Below are positions 23,272 to 35,919 of a DNA stretch of 64,000 bases, piece after piece. The position numbers and the translations under genes are program-made. Every line of letters starts with the position of its first letter. The first letter of the stretch is position 1. This DNA is from Macrostomum lignano (Eukaryota). The notes beneath the pieces were generated by a model that worked only from the letters and a program-made list of their open reading frames with translations, did not search any database and was not told where the DNA came from. The DNA is taken from the NCBI GenBank assembly GCA_002269645.1, contig NIVC01002024.1, positions 88,158 to 152,157 on the forward strand, read 5' to 3'.

Positions 23272-24985
23272 TGATTTATGACCGCACCTGTCGTATTTTT
23301 ATTGCCCCGAGGGAACTGATAGGATCTCTTGGCCACGTGAGTTTGGGTGGCAACAAGCTCAGCCAATCAAAAAATTCGACGTGCGTTATAACAAATCGGC
23401 TCAGCCAATCAGAATCGAGGTGTTCCATTATAACAAATTGCGGTCCAGTTGGCGGCTATAAAACCGGCGTTTTTGGCCCGCTCGGACTTCAACTTGGCCG
23501 CTCACCTGCCACCTGACATCCGGCTGCTACTCGCGACCGTCGTCTCTTGATCCCAGGATCACGACTCCCCCCCTCATCATCAAGGACGAATTCCCCCGGT
23601 CGTCAGCAGCGAACATCAAGGTTAAAGATCATCACCTGCTAGCTATCTGCGAAGTTTGTGACAGCATCATCCGGGGCCTACAGCTGCGAAGCACTAAGCC
23701 GATTCGGTCACTGTGGATTACCTGGTCTCCGGCTGTTGAGTTTCTGATTGGTTGGGTGAGAGGCTACCTAGACTTGCTTGATTGGGTGATTCCTTACCTG
23801 TCCTCTATTTCAGTAGCTGGATTAGGCGCACACTTTTGCTCATTTTGTTCAGTAGTGCTGTTACTGAGGCAGAAATCATTCAATAATACTGCTAGTAGTC
23901 CGAAACGCCAATTCAATCTGAAGTGTGAAGTGATTTGAGGAGAAGGTTAAATCTGACAGTTATTTTTATCGGTTTTATTTCTTTGTTCGCCGATGGCTCA
24001 GATGAGTAGCTAAGCTAGTAGGCGCCGGTCACAGTGGACCAATGGCAAGGCAGTTTTCAGTCGATCAATCAATCAAATCAGTGAGCAAAACTGCCAGAAG
24101 TGCAGAATCGGCGCCAGAGATGTACTTTGTGCACTCTAGGTTAGCCAAGCGGCTCGGGTAATGAATCATGCGAGGTCTCTGAAGTTCGAGTTAGTCTATC
24201 ATCAGCGCTATGAGAGGCTAGTTGGCGCGTTGAAGGCCAAAAGTACATATCTTCGTATTTAGCAATGTAATAGTACATGTAGCTACCCCATAGACTCGCC
24301 ACTTCAAGAATCCCCTGCACAAGTCCCCTCTGTACCTGCATGGCCAACGCGATCTAGTCCCAGCAGTGTCCCTTATCATCGGCTATGACTTCGAGATTGA
24401 CAGCAAAAAGACACTAGTTGGCAGGTAAGTACTAAGCCCCCTCTAGTCGGAAGCCCGATTTCGAGAGTCCCGGTGTGGTGAGCCAGGACACACGGGCTGG
24501 TGGCAGCGAGTTAGCTTAGTCTGCGGATTAGCTAATTTCTACCTTCAAAATTCTCCCTGCTTGTCTCTCGCTGTCCCTCTCTTAGCTATAGGACCTAGAC
24601 TGCTCGCCACACGATCAAGCTACCATGGGGCTGACATGATTTTTGTGCCCGCTGGGCACTTATTCTTGCTTTTTAATGCCATAGACTACGTTTAAGCCCG
24701 CTTGCAAGAGTCAAACTTACTTTAATGCAAATTAGCGGGCAGTTAATGTCATTAACTGCCCGCTAATTTTGTCCCACTTTGTCAAGAACACAAATGTCTA
24801 TGGCACAATAATAGTAATACCTTAACGCTTTTAAGGGCGTTAATGGGAAAATCAGAGGGCGCTCTCATTTCTCATTAACGCCGGCAAAGCATGGGTACGA
24901 GCTATTAATGTACTATTGATTTATTTCTGAGACCTGAGGCCCGAAGGCTTCCCGAAAGGGGCCGAAAAGGCCGAAACCCATTAAT
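23272..24985 (+). other. Diverged copy 2 of the promoter-bearing element, with a roughly 280-bp foldback insertion
   Basis: Same start TGATTTATGACCGCACCTGTC; CCAAT boxes; TATAAAA at 23457; donor at 24425. Block 24305-24636 aligns by eye with 22478-22803, and 24918-24985 with 22838-22890. Confidence 0.6.
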
Positions 24986-25140
24986 TCGATGTGTCAAAAA
25001 ATTTTGCGCATCTGTTTTAGAAAGCTTCTGGTCTTTTCAGACGGGTTCCATATATATTTACGTTAGACTTACAATTGGCTAAAAGAGATCTACAGTGTAT
25101 ATATGTATCCGGGCCAAACGTCTCTACCACGACCCATTCT

Positions 25141-26320
25141 CAACAACAACAACAGCAACAACAGAGTACGCTGCCGGTTCGCAAAAGCAGCGTCAGATGG
25201 CGCGCTTCGAAGCCTGGGCGCGAACAAAGGCCGCACCGCCGGCAGAGTCCGGGGCGCCGGCGTCAGCCAGCAGACAGTCGACGTAGCGCCGAGTCCTCGC
25301 CTGTCCCCGCCGGTAGGGTGCCTGCAACGTAAGTAACAGCACCTCCTGCACCGGCTCCGGACAGTAGGCCTCGGCGCGGATGACGTGGCCTGCCAGCTGG
25401 AGTCGCCGACGGCGCAGCAGATCGCTAGGACGGGCCAGGCCGGCGCGATGATAGAGCGCCGTGTTGGTGACTCGCTCGTTGCCGATCTTGAAGGCGGCGC
25501 GCAGCAGGCCAGCGTGCGCCGCGTCGACTTGAGCCTCGAGCGAGTCTGTCAGCGTCCAGGTCTCGGCGTTGTATAACAAGACGGTTTCGATCACCGCCTG
25601 GAACAGCGCCGCCCTCTGGCGGTCCGGTAGGGCCTCGGACTGCAGGACTGACCTTATAGAACGAAAGGCAGCCCAGGCAAGTCCTCGGCGACGCCGCAGA
25701 TCCTCGCGAACGTCGGGAACCAGACCGCCGAGGTAGACGAACTGCTGACATCTTGGAAGCTCGCTCGCCTGTCCGTCAGCGCCTCGGCAGAAGATTGCAG
25801 CCTCGGTGTCGTCCGGCACGCATAGCACGACGGTCTTCTGCGTGTTGACCACCAGGCCGACGCTCGCCGCAACGGCAACCAGCCTATCCAGCTGTCGTTG
25901 GGCGCCCTCGACGGTCGAGGACAGCAGGGCGAGGTCATCGGCGTAGCCAAGCACGCTGAGCCGTCTCTCCGGTTGGCGTCGACCCACGCGTCGCCGCAGC
26001 AGGAAGCCGTCGTCGTTGGAAGGCAGAGCAGTCCGTAGCACCCAGTCAAGCACCAGAATAAATAGGAACGGCGCTAGCGTATCTCCCTGGAGCACCCCGG
26101 AGGATGTCTCGAAGAAATCCGATAGGCCGTCCGGTGTTGAGACAGCAGCCGTCGTGCCGTGGTACAGCGCCATGACAGCAGTAATCAGCAGCTCTGGCAC
26201 GTTGTACGCACGGAGCACCTCTGGGAGCGCGTCCCTCACGACCGAGTCGAAGGCCTTCCTGAAATCGACGAAGATCAGGATCAGGGTCAACTGGCGGATG
26301 CGCGCCTCCTCGATGACGCG
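25141..26320 (-). mobile_element. 5'-truncated RTE-clade LINE with an intact RT reading frame
   Basis: ORF 25193-26290: FVDFRKAFDSV, SGVLQGDTLAPFLF, LGYADDLALL, FVYLGG, LLYNAETWTL and RRGQARTRRY. GC-rich and stop-free, so recent. Tail is (TTG)n on minus. Confidence 0.92.
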
Positions 26321-26371
26321 TCAAGTAGACTACTCAAGAACATCTTAAGTAGTCTACTTGAGAAGTCCTTG
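26321..26371. mobile_element. Right part of a palindromic mini-element ending GAAGTCCTTG
   Basis: Hairpin 26321-26361 (19-bp arms, 1 mismatch); CCCATTCT direct repeat at 25133-25140 and 26372-26379. Confidence 0.65.
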
Positions 26372-28611
26372 CCCATTCTTTTAAAGATCGTCCGTACTGT
26401 ACGTCTCACGGGGGACGAGAAGGAAACTCAAGAACAAGAAACGATATGAATCTCATCTCCTGGTAGTTTAGGCCTATAGTTACACAATACATGTACATGT
26501 ACATGTATGTCGATGTGTCAATACTCAACGGGTGCTGACTGGTATATTTGATCGGCGACAAACAAATAATTCAGCAAAGCAAAATCGGCGACAACTCAGA
26601 AGAAACAATTGTACATGTACCGGTATATAATCTTTTAATTATTTTAGTACAATATTTTTAGGATATAGGATTACAGTACCTTCATTTTCAAGGGAGTTTG
26701 TTTTATCCATATCCTGCGCGTTATCCAAACGTGTTTTCCAAGAAATGTTCTCATTTTCGAAGGTCACGCGAGCGATATCCAATTTATTTCAATCCAACGC
26801 ATTTTTTCTATCAAACGTCATGAGCATTAGTATAAAATCACTTCCTTTACTTTAAGAATTCGGACAGAAATTCAATTCCAAATTGCAGTTGCTGTTGCAC
26901 CAGCCGTGAGCAGATCAAGTCTAAGATCAGAGTAATCGATACAGACTACGATCAGGTCGGTAATCATGTCGAGAGATAATAAATTCTCGATCAAGTAGAG
27001 AGTAGTCGCAACAGTGTACTGACTACGATCGAGGGTCGAAATCATGACGAGGGGTAAAAATATAAAGCCTTGATCAAGTCCCAGATCAGATCAGAGATCA
27101 GAGTAGCCGATACAGACTACAAGAGGCCGGTAACCAAGTCGGTCTCAAGCACGGTTGACAAAAGAGGAGGGTATCGTTTTTAAGTAAATGCCCTTCCCCT
27201 TATCCATATTTTCGTGCAAATCCTGTGCAGTTGGCGCAAATAAAGTTACAATTTTGCGTATACATTTATATCAAATTATAAAGAGCAGCCGTTCAACGAA
27301 AGCCAGTTGTTTCCGGAGGGCGACTACGCTTCGAACGACACAGTTTATGACGCCGTTGATATTACACTAGTGAGCCGTCGTCCTATGTTCAATACCTGTC
27401 GGCGTACCGTCACTGTCTGTTAGAGCTGGACAATCAAATGTGTATGTACATGTACATTACTGTCTGCTTTATAACTGTGTATTTTTGAGAAACTGCCTTC
27501 CATCGCCATTTAATTCAACCTTATAATGATGAGTAATTTCATTGCGCCGGAATATAATGCAAGCCCCCACCAGTGGTCTGATTAATCGTTGTTCGCGCCC
27601 GTGACCCAATCTTTCCAACGTCTGGTTCACGCGTCGGTTGCACTTGCCGTCGGATTCGCGTCAGAGCCCAGCAGGTCAGACCAGAGACTTAGCACCCGGT
27701 CGGAGCAGCTCGCCAATCCAGTAGCATCAATTATTAGATCTGCTTATATAAATGGACTGACATTGAGTGCCATTGAGAAGGTCAGAAAAGCGTATTGATA
27801 GCATTTTGTGTTTCGGAAAGTGAAATATTTTACAGTTCTGTACATCTGAATTTAATATTTCTCTTTGAAGACGGCTGAATCGAATTCGATTCAATTCGTA
27901 GTCGTGGAATTAAAATTATGGACCCGTCCTTTATTTTTAATTTTACGCTACCCTGTTGAGCACGGGATTCGGCTGCAGATCCGGTTCCCTCATCCAGAAT
28001 TCACCCGGATTCATCTGCAGATCCGGTTCCTTCTTCCAGAATTCACCCGGAACTGTCACCGGAAATTTTATAGAGATCCGGGTCCATTTTCCGGAATTTT
28101 TTATTCTGATCCGGAAAATTCGCCCGGATTCTGTAAATTTTCGTGACAGATTCGGAATTTCCACCCCGTATCTGATTGCATTACAGGAATGAGGTGAAAG
28201 TTCAACGGGTAGGATAAAAGTAAACAAAAATTCTCTCTCATCTTTTTTCGCTTCCTCACCTTTCTTTTGTCCTTTCTTTTCTCTCGCTTCTACTCTCTTA
28301 TCTCCTATCTACTCTCTTATTTTTATTTTCTTCTCTCTTTTCTCTCATTTTACCTCTCTTCTCTACTCTCCTCTCTTCTTTCTTATCTGCTCTCTTATCC
28401 TTTCTATTACATCTCTTTGTCTTTCCTTTCTTTGTCTTTTCTCTCTCCTCTCTTCTTTTCCCTCTTATTCCTTTCTTCTACGTGAATAATGTTCCCTAAT
28501 ATTTTCTACTACACTAAATTTTAAGTCTGAACTACTAATAGTAGGTTAAAAGTATATCTGCTTGGCAATCTACCCTATCACACATTGTCTCAGTAATTTT
28601 TAGATGAACAC

Positions 28612-29190
28612 CCCTTGACTTACTTGACTGAGATGCAGGGTGGTCTGTAGACCGTAGACACGGCAAAGGAGGTAAGGATCACCCATTCCGCTAGCGGCGA
28701 CTAGCCCCTGAAGGCTACAAACATGCAGAGGCATGGGACCAGTTGTCAGTCTGTCCTGCAGTATGCATGATCTTCTTCTGTAAGGAAGAAAGTGGCTGAA
28801 GGATCTTGTTGTCTGAAGGAACTTGATGAGGCATGGGATGCTATTGGGCTAGCAGACCTCATCAATGGACAGGTTTGGCCCAATCTAGTATATCCAGTCT
28901 CTTTCTGGTAAAGAAAGGGCAGGGACAAACAAAGTGCTAAGCATCTTCATTGTCATATTCACAAAAAGGACAAGGTTCACTCTCGAGATCCAACCTCGGA
29001 GGAAGCAGTGTCTAGCGAGGTAGTAATGGTAATGGGGTCATGACAGGGGTGTAAATATCCTTCCAGTTTTGGTTTAGAAGCACATTCTTGAGCCTTCAAG
29101 AGAGGCAACAGAACTGCAGTGCATGATTGCCAGCAGTTTTGGGTGCTCATCCATCTGTCCCCTGTGAAGGGAATCAGCTCAGTCATCAAT
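28612..29190 (-). pseudogene. Old 3' fragment of the same RNase H LINE family as 3063-4113
   Basis: Degenerate NCWQSCTAV, PCPFCEYDNEDA*HFVCP and IGPNLSIDEVC align with the younger copy; shared 3' UTR TAGCGGAATGGG and tail AGTCAAGTAAGTCAAG. Confidence 0.8.
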
Positions 29191-30479
29191 CTGATTTTAT
29201 CTATTCAATTTTTTTGACAAAATTCTATTACTATTTAAACACACCTTATATTTGTAGTTTTTTTAATTTCTCTGTGAGACTGCCAAGTAAAATAGGATTG
29301 ATTTAAAACAAAATAAACCTGTTTCAAATTTATTTCTGAATATTACAATTCACTTTAGCCACATCTAGCTTGTATTTTACTTTCAACTCTACTACGCTGC
29401 TCTGTTCAGTAGTATAAAAAGAAAGCGACTAACTTTATTTTTATAGCTTTCAATGCCACTAATGCCGCTGCTTGGCAATTTGTCTAAGCTCGTCTTAGTG
29501 CTTTCCCTCCCTATACTTTGCTCCTGCTCGGTCCCCCCATTCGTACGCCAATCTTTCTGTCCCTCTCTAGATCCCAATTTCACTCGCATCGTTGCCTCAT
29601 GTCTCCTCTCTCTCTCTCACTCCTTCTCCCAGCGCATTCCCAATCCCTTAGACCGAAGTCTCAAGGGAGGCGGGCAGGCAGGGCTCAGCATCCGTGGGAA
29701 CTTCAGGGTTAGTCGGGGCTTTCTCTCCCCAACTAATTTAGCACCCTGCTCTGCTCGGCTTGGCTCTGCCTCTCTCCTCTCCTCTCTCCTTATCGATTGG
29801 AATTTTCTGTTTTCCTCAGCGCAGCTCGGAGAAGTCGCCCCCCGCTGCTCCTGCAGCCTGCTCACTAGTCGTATACCCGACCTTTTGGTTTCTCCTTCGC
29901 GTGCACCACTTTTCCTCGAGTTCTGCAGGATGCTGTAAGAGAGTCCCGGAGTAGGCCCCGCCCCTTCTCTCTCCCTCTACCCAAACTAATCCCCACGCAG
30001 CGCTCCTCGCTTCATCTGCATCCATTGACTCAAGTCCCCGCCAGGCCCTGTGTCCCTCCTCGCCTGCTCCTCGTATTGATCCGTTTCTGCCCATCCCCTA
30101 TCCTCCTCCTCCCACATTCAGGATTCTTCGCACACTCGGCCTCGCTCTTCCCCATGGCTTTCCAAAGCAACTAACCCCCTCCCCAACCCCCTTAGCTGGA
30201 TGCCTGCTCTCTGCTGCTCGTTCAAGTTTGTCGACCTCGCTTCAAGATCTATGCCCAAATTGCAATTTGCAAAACAATTTTGCCTTGCTTTAAAGTTTCT
30301 CTTCACTTTCGTCTGATGTTTTGGAAAAAACTGGCTTTAAATTTATAAAGCATTCGATCAATCCATCATTCCCAGTTACTTATGTACGTTTTTTGTAAAA
30401 GAATTGAACAATTAACTCTAAATGAATTAAATTTTTTATCGAAAGTCTCTGTCATGAGAACTTCTCAGTTGCAGAAGGA

Positions 30480-31900
30480 TGTTTGTAGGGAGAACTTGTG
30501 ACTCACTGAATGATTTGTGTAGGGAGAACTTGTGACTCACTGAAGGATTTGTGTAGGGAGAACTTGTGACTCACTGAAGGATTTGTGTAGGGAGAACTTG
30601 TGACTCACTGAAGGATCTGTGTAGGGAGAACTTGTGACTCACTGAAGGATTTGTGTAGGGAGAACTTGTGACTCAGAGAATGATTTGTGTAGGGAGAACT
30701 TGTGACTCAGAGAAGGATTTGTGTTGGGAGAACTTGTGACTCACTGAAGGATTTGTGTAGGGAGAACTTGTGACTCAGAGAATGATTTGTGTAGGGAGAA
30801 CTTGTGACTCAGAGAAGGATTTGTGTTGGGAGAACTTGTGACTCACTGAAGGATTTGTGTTGGGAGAACTTGTGACTCAGAGAAGGATTTGTGTAGGGAG
30901 AACTTGTGACTCACTGAAGGATTTGTGTAGGGAGAACTTGTGACTCACTGAAGGATTTGTGTAGGGAGAACTTGTGACTCACTGAAGGATCTGTGTAGGG
31001 AGAACTTGTGACTCACTGAAGGATTTGTGTAGGGAGAACTTGTGACTCACTGAAGGATCTGTGTAGGGAGAACTTGTGACTCACTGAAGGATTTGTGTAG
31101 GGAGAACTTGTGACTCACTGAAGGATCTGTGTAGGGAGAACTTGTGACTCACTGAAGGATCTGTGTAGGGAGAACTTGTGACTCACTGAAGGATTTGTGT
31201 AGGGAGAACTTGTGACTCACTGAAGGATCTGTGTAGGGAGAACTTTTGACTCACTGAAGGATCTGTGTAGGGAGAACTTGTGACTCAGAGAAGGATTTGT
31301 GTAGGGAGAACTTGTGACTCACTGAAGGATTTGTGTTGGGAGAACTTGTGACTCAGAGAAGGATCTGTGTAGGGAGAACTTGTGACTCACTGAAGGATCT
31401 GTGTAGGGAGAACTTGTGACTCAGAGAAGGATTTGTGTTGGGAGAACTTGTGACTCAGAGAAGGATCTGTGTAGGGAGAACTTGTGACTCAGAGAAGGAT
31501 TTGTGTTGGGAGAACTTGTGACTCAGAGTCAAAGTCAGAGTAGTGAGGAGAACTTGTGACTCAGAGTCAAAGTCAGAGTAGTGAGGAGAACTTGTGACTC
31601 AGAGTCAAAGTCAGAGTAGTGAGGAGAACTTGTGACTCAGAGTCAAAGTCAGAGTAGTGAGGAGAACTTGTGACTCAGAGTCAAAGTCAGAGTAGTGAGG
31701 AGAACTTGTGACTCAGAGTCAAAGTCAGAGTAGTGAGGAGAACTTGTGACTCAGAGTCAAAGTCAGAGTAGTGAGGAGAACTTGTGACTCAGAGTCAAAG
31801 TCAGAGTAGTGAGGAGAACTTGTGACTCAGAGTCAAAGTCAGAGTAGTGAGGAGAACTTGTGACTCAGAGTCAAAGTCAGAGTAGTGAGGAGAACTTGTG
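30480..31900. repeat. Compound minisatellite: about 30 copies of a 34-bp unit then about 10 of a 38-bp unit, sharing the core GGAGAACTTGTGACTCA
   Basis: Visible array with an abrupt unit switch near 31520. Confidence 0.93.
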
Positions 31901-33899
31901 AGTGACACACTAAAGAGTCTTAATTGTCAATTGAGTTTTGACTGAAGCATGCGTGTAGCTGTGTCAATTAAGGATTCCTTGCGATTTTTAATTCGATTCA
32001 GATACTTTCTGAACCTGTCCCTGCATTTTATTGTATGACCGACTGTTACTGTCCCTGCAATGATTGAAATGCAAAGAAAAAAAACTGAATTTAAATGGCA
32101 AGTAAATACTGAAGTAAGTGACAAGACCCATATATATATACTCGCATTCGTATACATCATCGCATTGATTGAAATGATTTATAAGCATCAAAATCATTTT
32201 TTTAAAATCCGGTTTTGGTAGACAAGAACCTATGAAAAGCGAAAAAGCTCAGTCTGTTTAAAAGGCAAAAAAGTAGCGAAAAAGGATAGAATGAAGAAAG
32301 AAAAGTCAAAGCAAAAAGGGCCCATTTCGGACTTCCTTGCGTTGCGTGCGACTGCAGGCAGAAATAAATATCCAAGGGAAGGCAGGCAGGAGCAGTAGCA
32401 GTCTGAAAGGAAACGAGGTTTCGGGAGAGGCAAAAGGGAAGAGGAAGGAAAGTCGAGTTAGATAGAAGCGGTAGAAGACAGGCAAGCAAGAGGATTCCAC
32501 TAAGCTATAGGAGATGGCGGATTGCGCTCTCCTGCTCGCACGCAAGCATGCAGTGCAGGTCCTGGAAATTTGCGTTGCTAGCCTATAGCCTCTCTCTCTC
32601 CTTTCCTCTGCCGAAGCCTGCTTGTGCAGCAGCACAGTGTGCGAGATGCTGCCTTGATAAGAGGGGGGGGGAGGATTTCGGTTGAACGTTTGTGGGGAGC
32701 ACAGATCGATAGCTCTTCCGTTCCCCTTCCCTCTCTGTCTAATGCATTTCTTCTTCCTCCGGTCAAGGCTGGGAGGTTGGGGGCTTGATTTCTAGGCTGG
32801 GATGATTTCTTCAGCTTTCTTTCTCCTCTCTCCTCGCCTCCCTCCGCCTGTCCAGTTCCAGTTCCCATGAAATCTCTTTCCCCAAGGCTCTCTCACCCCT
32901 CCCATTCACGGCTATCGCCTCATCCCGCTCACACGCGCAGTGCAGAGACTGCGCGGCCCCTAGTCCACAAATACGCAGCTGAACCCTCCCTCCAAACCGG
33001 CTTTTCTACTACTTTCTTTCCCCGGCAAAGCTATTCGTCGTCTTTGAAGAGGCAGGGAGAAAGGGGAGTGCTGTGTGTGCGCGTGTCTGTGTGTGTTGAA
33101 GACGGGTGTTTCAGGAACCCCAGCACCATGGGGGGTTTAAGGGGGGGAGAGAGGATTCTAGGATGCAGAGGCGGAGGAAGAGGAGGAGTAGGGATAGAAG
33201 GGAATATAAGCCGCTCGTGGGGGGCACCCCATTTGCGTGCGTCACATCTTTGCCAAAAATTTCGATCCTCTTTATCCCCTCGCTGCTGCCTGTAGGAGGC
33301 CCAGCTGTCTCCTTCCTAGTCGGCGCCAATTAATATTTTTTCTTTTATCAGCCTCTGAACTCGAATTGTAAGCAATGAGTAACTCACTACTCAGCATTCC
33401 AGAAGGTGAGTTGCAGTTAAGCCGGCCTATTTGTGTCCGATCTAGATTCTTTTAAACAGCATCCCCGCAATGCGTATTTGATGATGAAGTCAACTCTCTT
33501 GGCACTCACGGAATCGTCGTTGTCTGTTTCGTTGCGCCATTCATTGTTGGGGCGCAGCTTTATTCTCATAATTTGTACCGACGGCTCCGCTGGTGCCAGA
33601 CGTGTTACTTCTGAGCTCAACTGGTGTGCCATTGTTGTTGTCGAAGCACTCTTCCCGATGCTTTTATTATGTACATGTATATTAAATAAACAGATTTTAA
33701 GGCTAACTTGAAAATTGCACTATTCGCTGACTTTATTGTTTTTCATTTGTCTTTTGGCGTCACTGAAACATGATTTGAAATGGAACTGAAATGGAATCAT
33801 AAAAAATCCTGATCTTGAAACCGTAAATCTCACTAGCTGTTCAGCTATTATTGCGTATCTTGTTCTTGAAGAACTTGTGGAGTCCTGCAGAAGAAGGGT

Positions 33900-35345
33900 T
33901 GTAGTTGCAGAACTCGGTTTTCTTCGAAACAGAATGATGAATCTTATAGCTTGTAGGGTTGCAGAACCCGGTTTTCTTCGAAACAGAATGATGAATCTTA
34001 TAGCTTGTAGGGTTGCAGAACCCGGTTTTCTTAGAAACAGAATGATGGATCTTATAGCTTGTATGGTTTCAGAGTTGGACTTTTTTAGAAACAGAATGAT
34101 GAATCGTATAGCTTGTAGGGTTGCAGAACCTGGTTTTCTTAGAAACAGAATGATGAATCTTATAGCTTGTAGGGTTGCAGAACCCGGTTTTCTTAGAAAC
34201 AGAATGATGAATCTTATAGCTTTCAGGGTTGCAGAACCCGGTTTTCTTAGAAACAGAATGATGAATCTTATAGCTTGTAGGGTTACAGAACCCGGTTTTC
34301 TTAGAAACAGAATGATGGATCTTATAGCTTGTAGGGTTGCAGAACCCGGTTTTCTTAGAAACAGAATGATGGATCTTATAGCTTGTATGGTTTCAGAGTT
34401 GGACTTTTTTAGAAACAGAATGATGAATCTTATAGCTTGTAGGGTTACAGAACCCGGTTTTCTTAGAAACAGAATGATGAATCGTATAGCTTGTAGGGTT
34501 GCAAAACCCGGCTTTCTTAGAAACAGAATGATGAATCGTATAGCTTGTAGGGTTACAGAACCCGGTTTTCTTAGAAACAGAATGATGAATGGTATAGCTT
34601 GTAGGGTTGCAAAACCCGGCTTTCTTAGAAACAGAATGATGAATCGTATATCTTGTAGGGTTGCAGAATCCGGATTTCTTAGAAACAGAATTATGAATCG
34701 TATAGCTTGTAGGGTTGCAGAATCCGGATTTCTTAGAAACAGAATGATGAATCTTATAGCTTGTAGGGTTACAGAACCCGGTTTTCTTAGAAACAGAATG
34801 ATGAATCGTATAGCTTGTAGGGTTGCAAAACCCGGCTTTCTTAGAAACAGAATGATGAATCGTATAGCTTGTAGGGTTGCAGAACCCGGTTTTCTTAGAA
34901 ACAGAATGATGAATCGTATAGCTTGTAGGGTTGCAAAACCCGGTTTTCTTAGAAACAGAATGATGAATCGTATAGCTTGTAGGGTTGCAGAACCTGGTTT
35001 TCTTAGAAACAGAATGATGAATCTTATAGCTTGCAGGGTTGCAGAACCCGGTTTTCTTAGAAACAGAATGATGAATCTTATAGCTTGTAGGGTTGCAGAA
35101 CCTGGTTTTCTTAGAAACAGAATGATGAATCTTATAGCTTGCAGGGTTGCAGAACCCGGTTTTCTTAGAAACAGAATGATGAATGGTATAGCTTGTAGGG
35201 TTGCAGAACCCGGTTTTCTTAGAAACAGAATGATGAATCTTATAGCCTGTAGGGTTGCAGAACCCGGCTTTCTTAGAAACAGAATTCCGAATCGTAGAGC
35301 TTGTATGGTTTCAGAGCCGGACTTTTTTAGAAACAGAATGCTGAT
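33900..35345. repeat. 54-bp minisatellite, about 27 copies, + frame open throughout (EPGFLRNRMMNLIACRVA)
   Basis: ORF track 33877-35358; coding status unproven. Confidence 0.9.
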
Positions 35346-35919
35346 TCAGCGAAAATAAGATTGTGTTGATTGAACCCAGTTTTTAAATTCAGATTGCTTG
35401 GAACCTTAGCTTCTTTGTTATTGAACTGTTTCTGATATTTCTAAAATTGGGGTTTTCTGTAATCATTTTTACCCTGTCTAATATTGTCAAAGAGACGAAT
35501 AATGACAGAGCAGGCTTACTCAGAATTTTTTTACAGTATTCTTGGATTTTTGTGGTCTTGTTAGTCAGCCACTCTACTTATAGTAGGCGGCGCTGAAAAA
35601 ATCCCGACTTCTACAGGTCAGTACATCTAATTAAGCAAATTAGCAGAAGGTGCCAATTTTTGGGCGCAGACTCGCCTATTAATAGGTGAGGATTTTTTCT
35701 CAGGGACTTTTTCTCTGCAAATAATTGCTCCCTTATATCATTCCTCACATGTGTGCCGCTTCATCTTGCTCTGCCTTCTCAGTCCCACTCCATCTATTTC
35801 AGTCTCATTTCCTTCATCTCGTCTCTCACTCTCACTCCCTTTATCTACTCTCTGAGTCTCACTTCCTCCGATCTCCTATCGTAGTCCCACTCCCTTCAAC
35901 TCCCCTCTCAGTCTCACTC

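Noticed and set aside
29392-30306. GA/CT-rich ORFs as a gene or LINE fragment
   Set aside because: No recognisable motif or consistent frame.
30480-31900. CRISPR-like array
   Set aside because: No unique spacers; units are contiguous near-identical repeats in eukaryotic DNA. The same applies to all other arrays.
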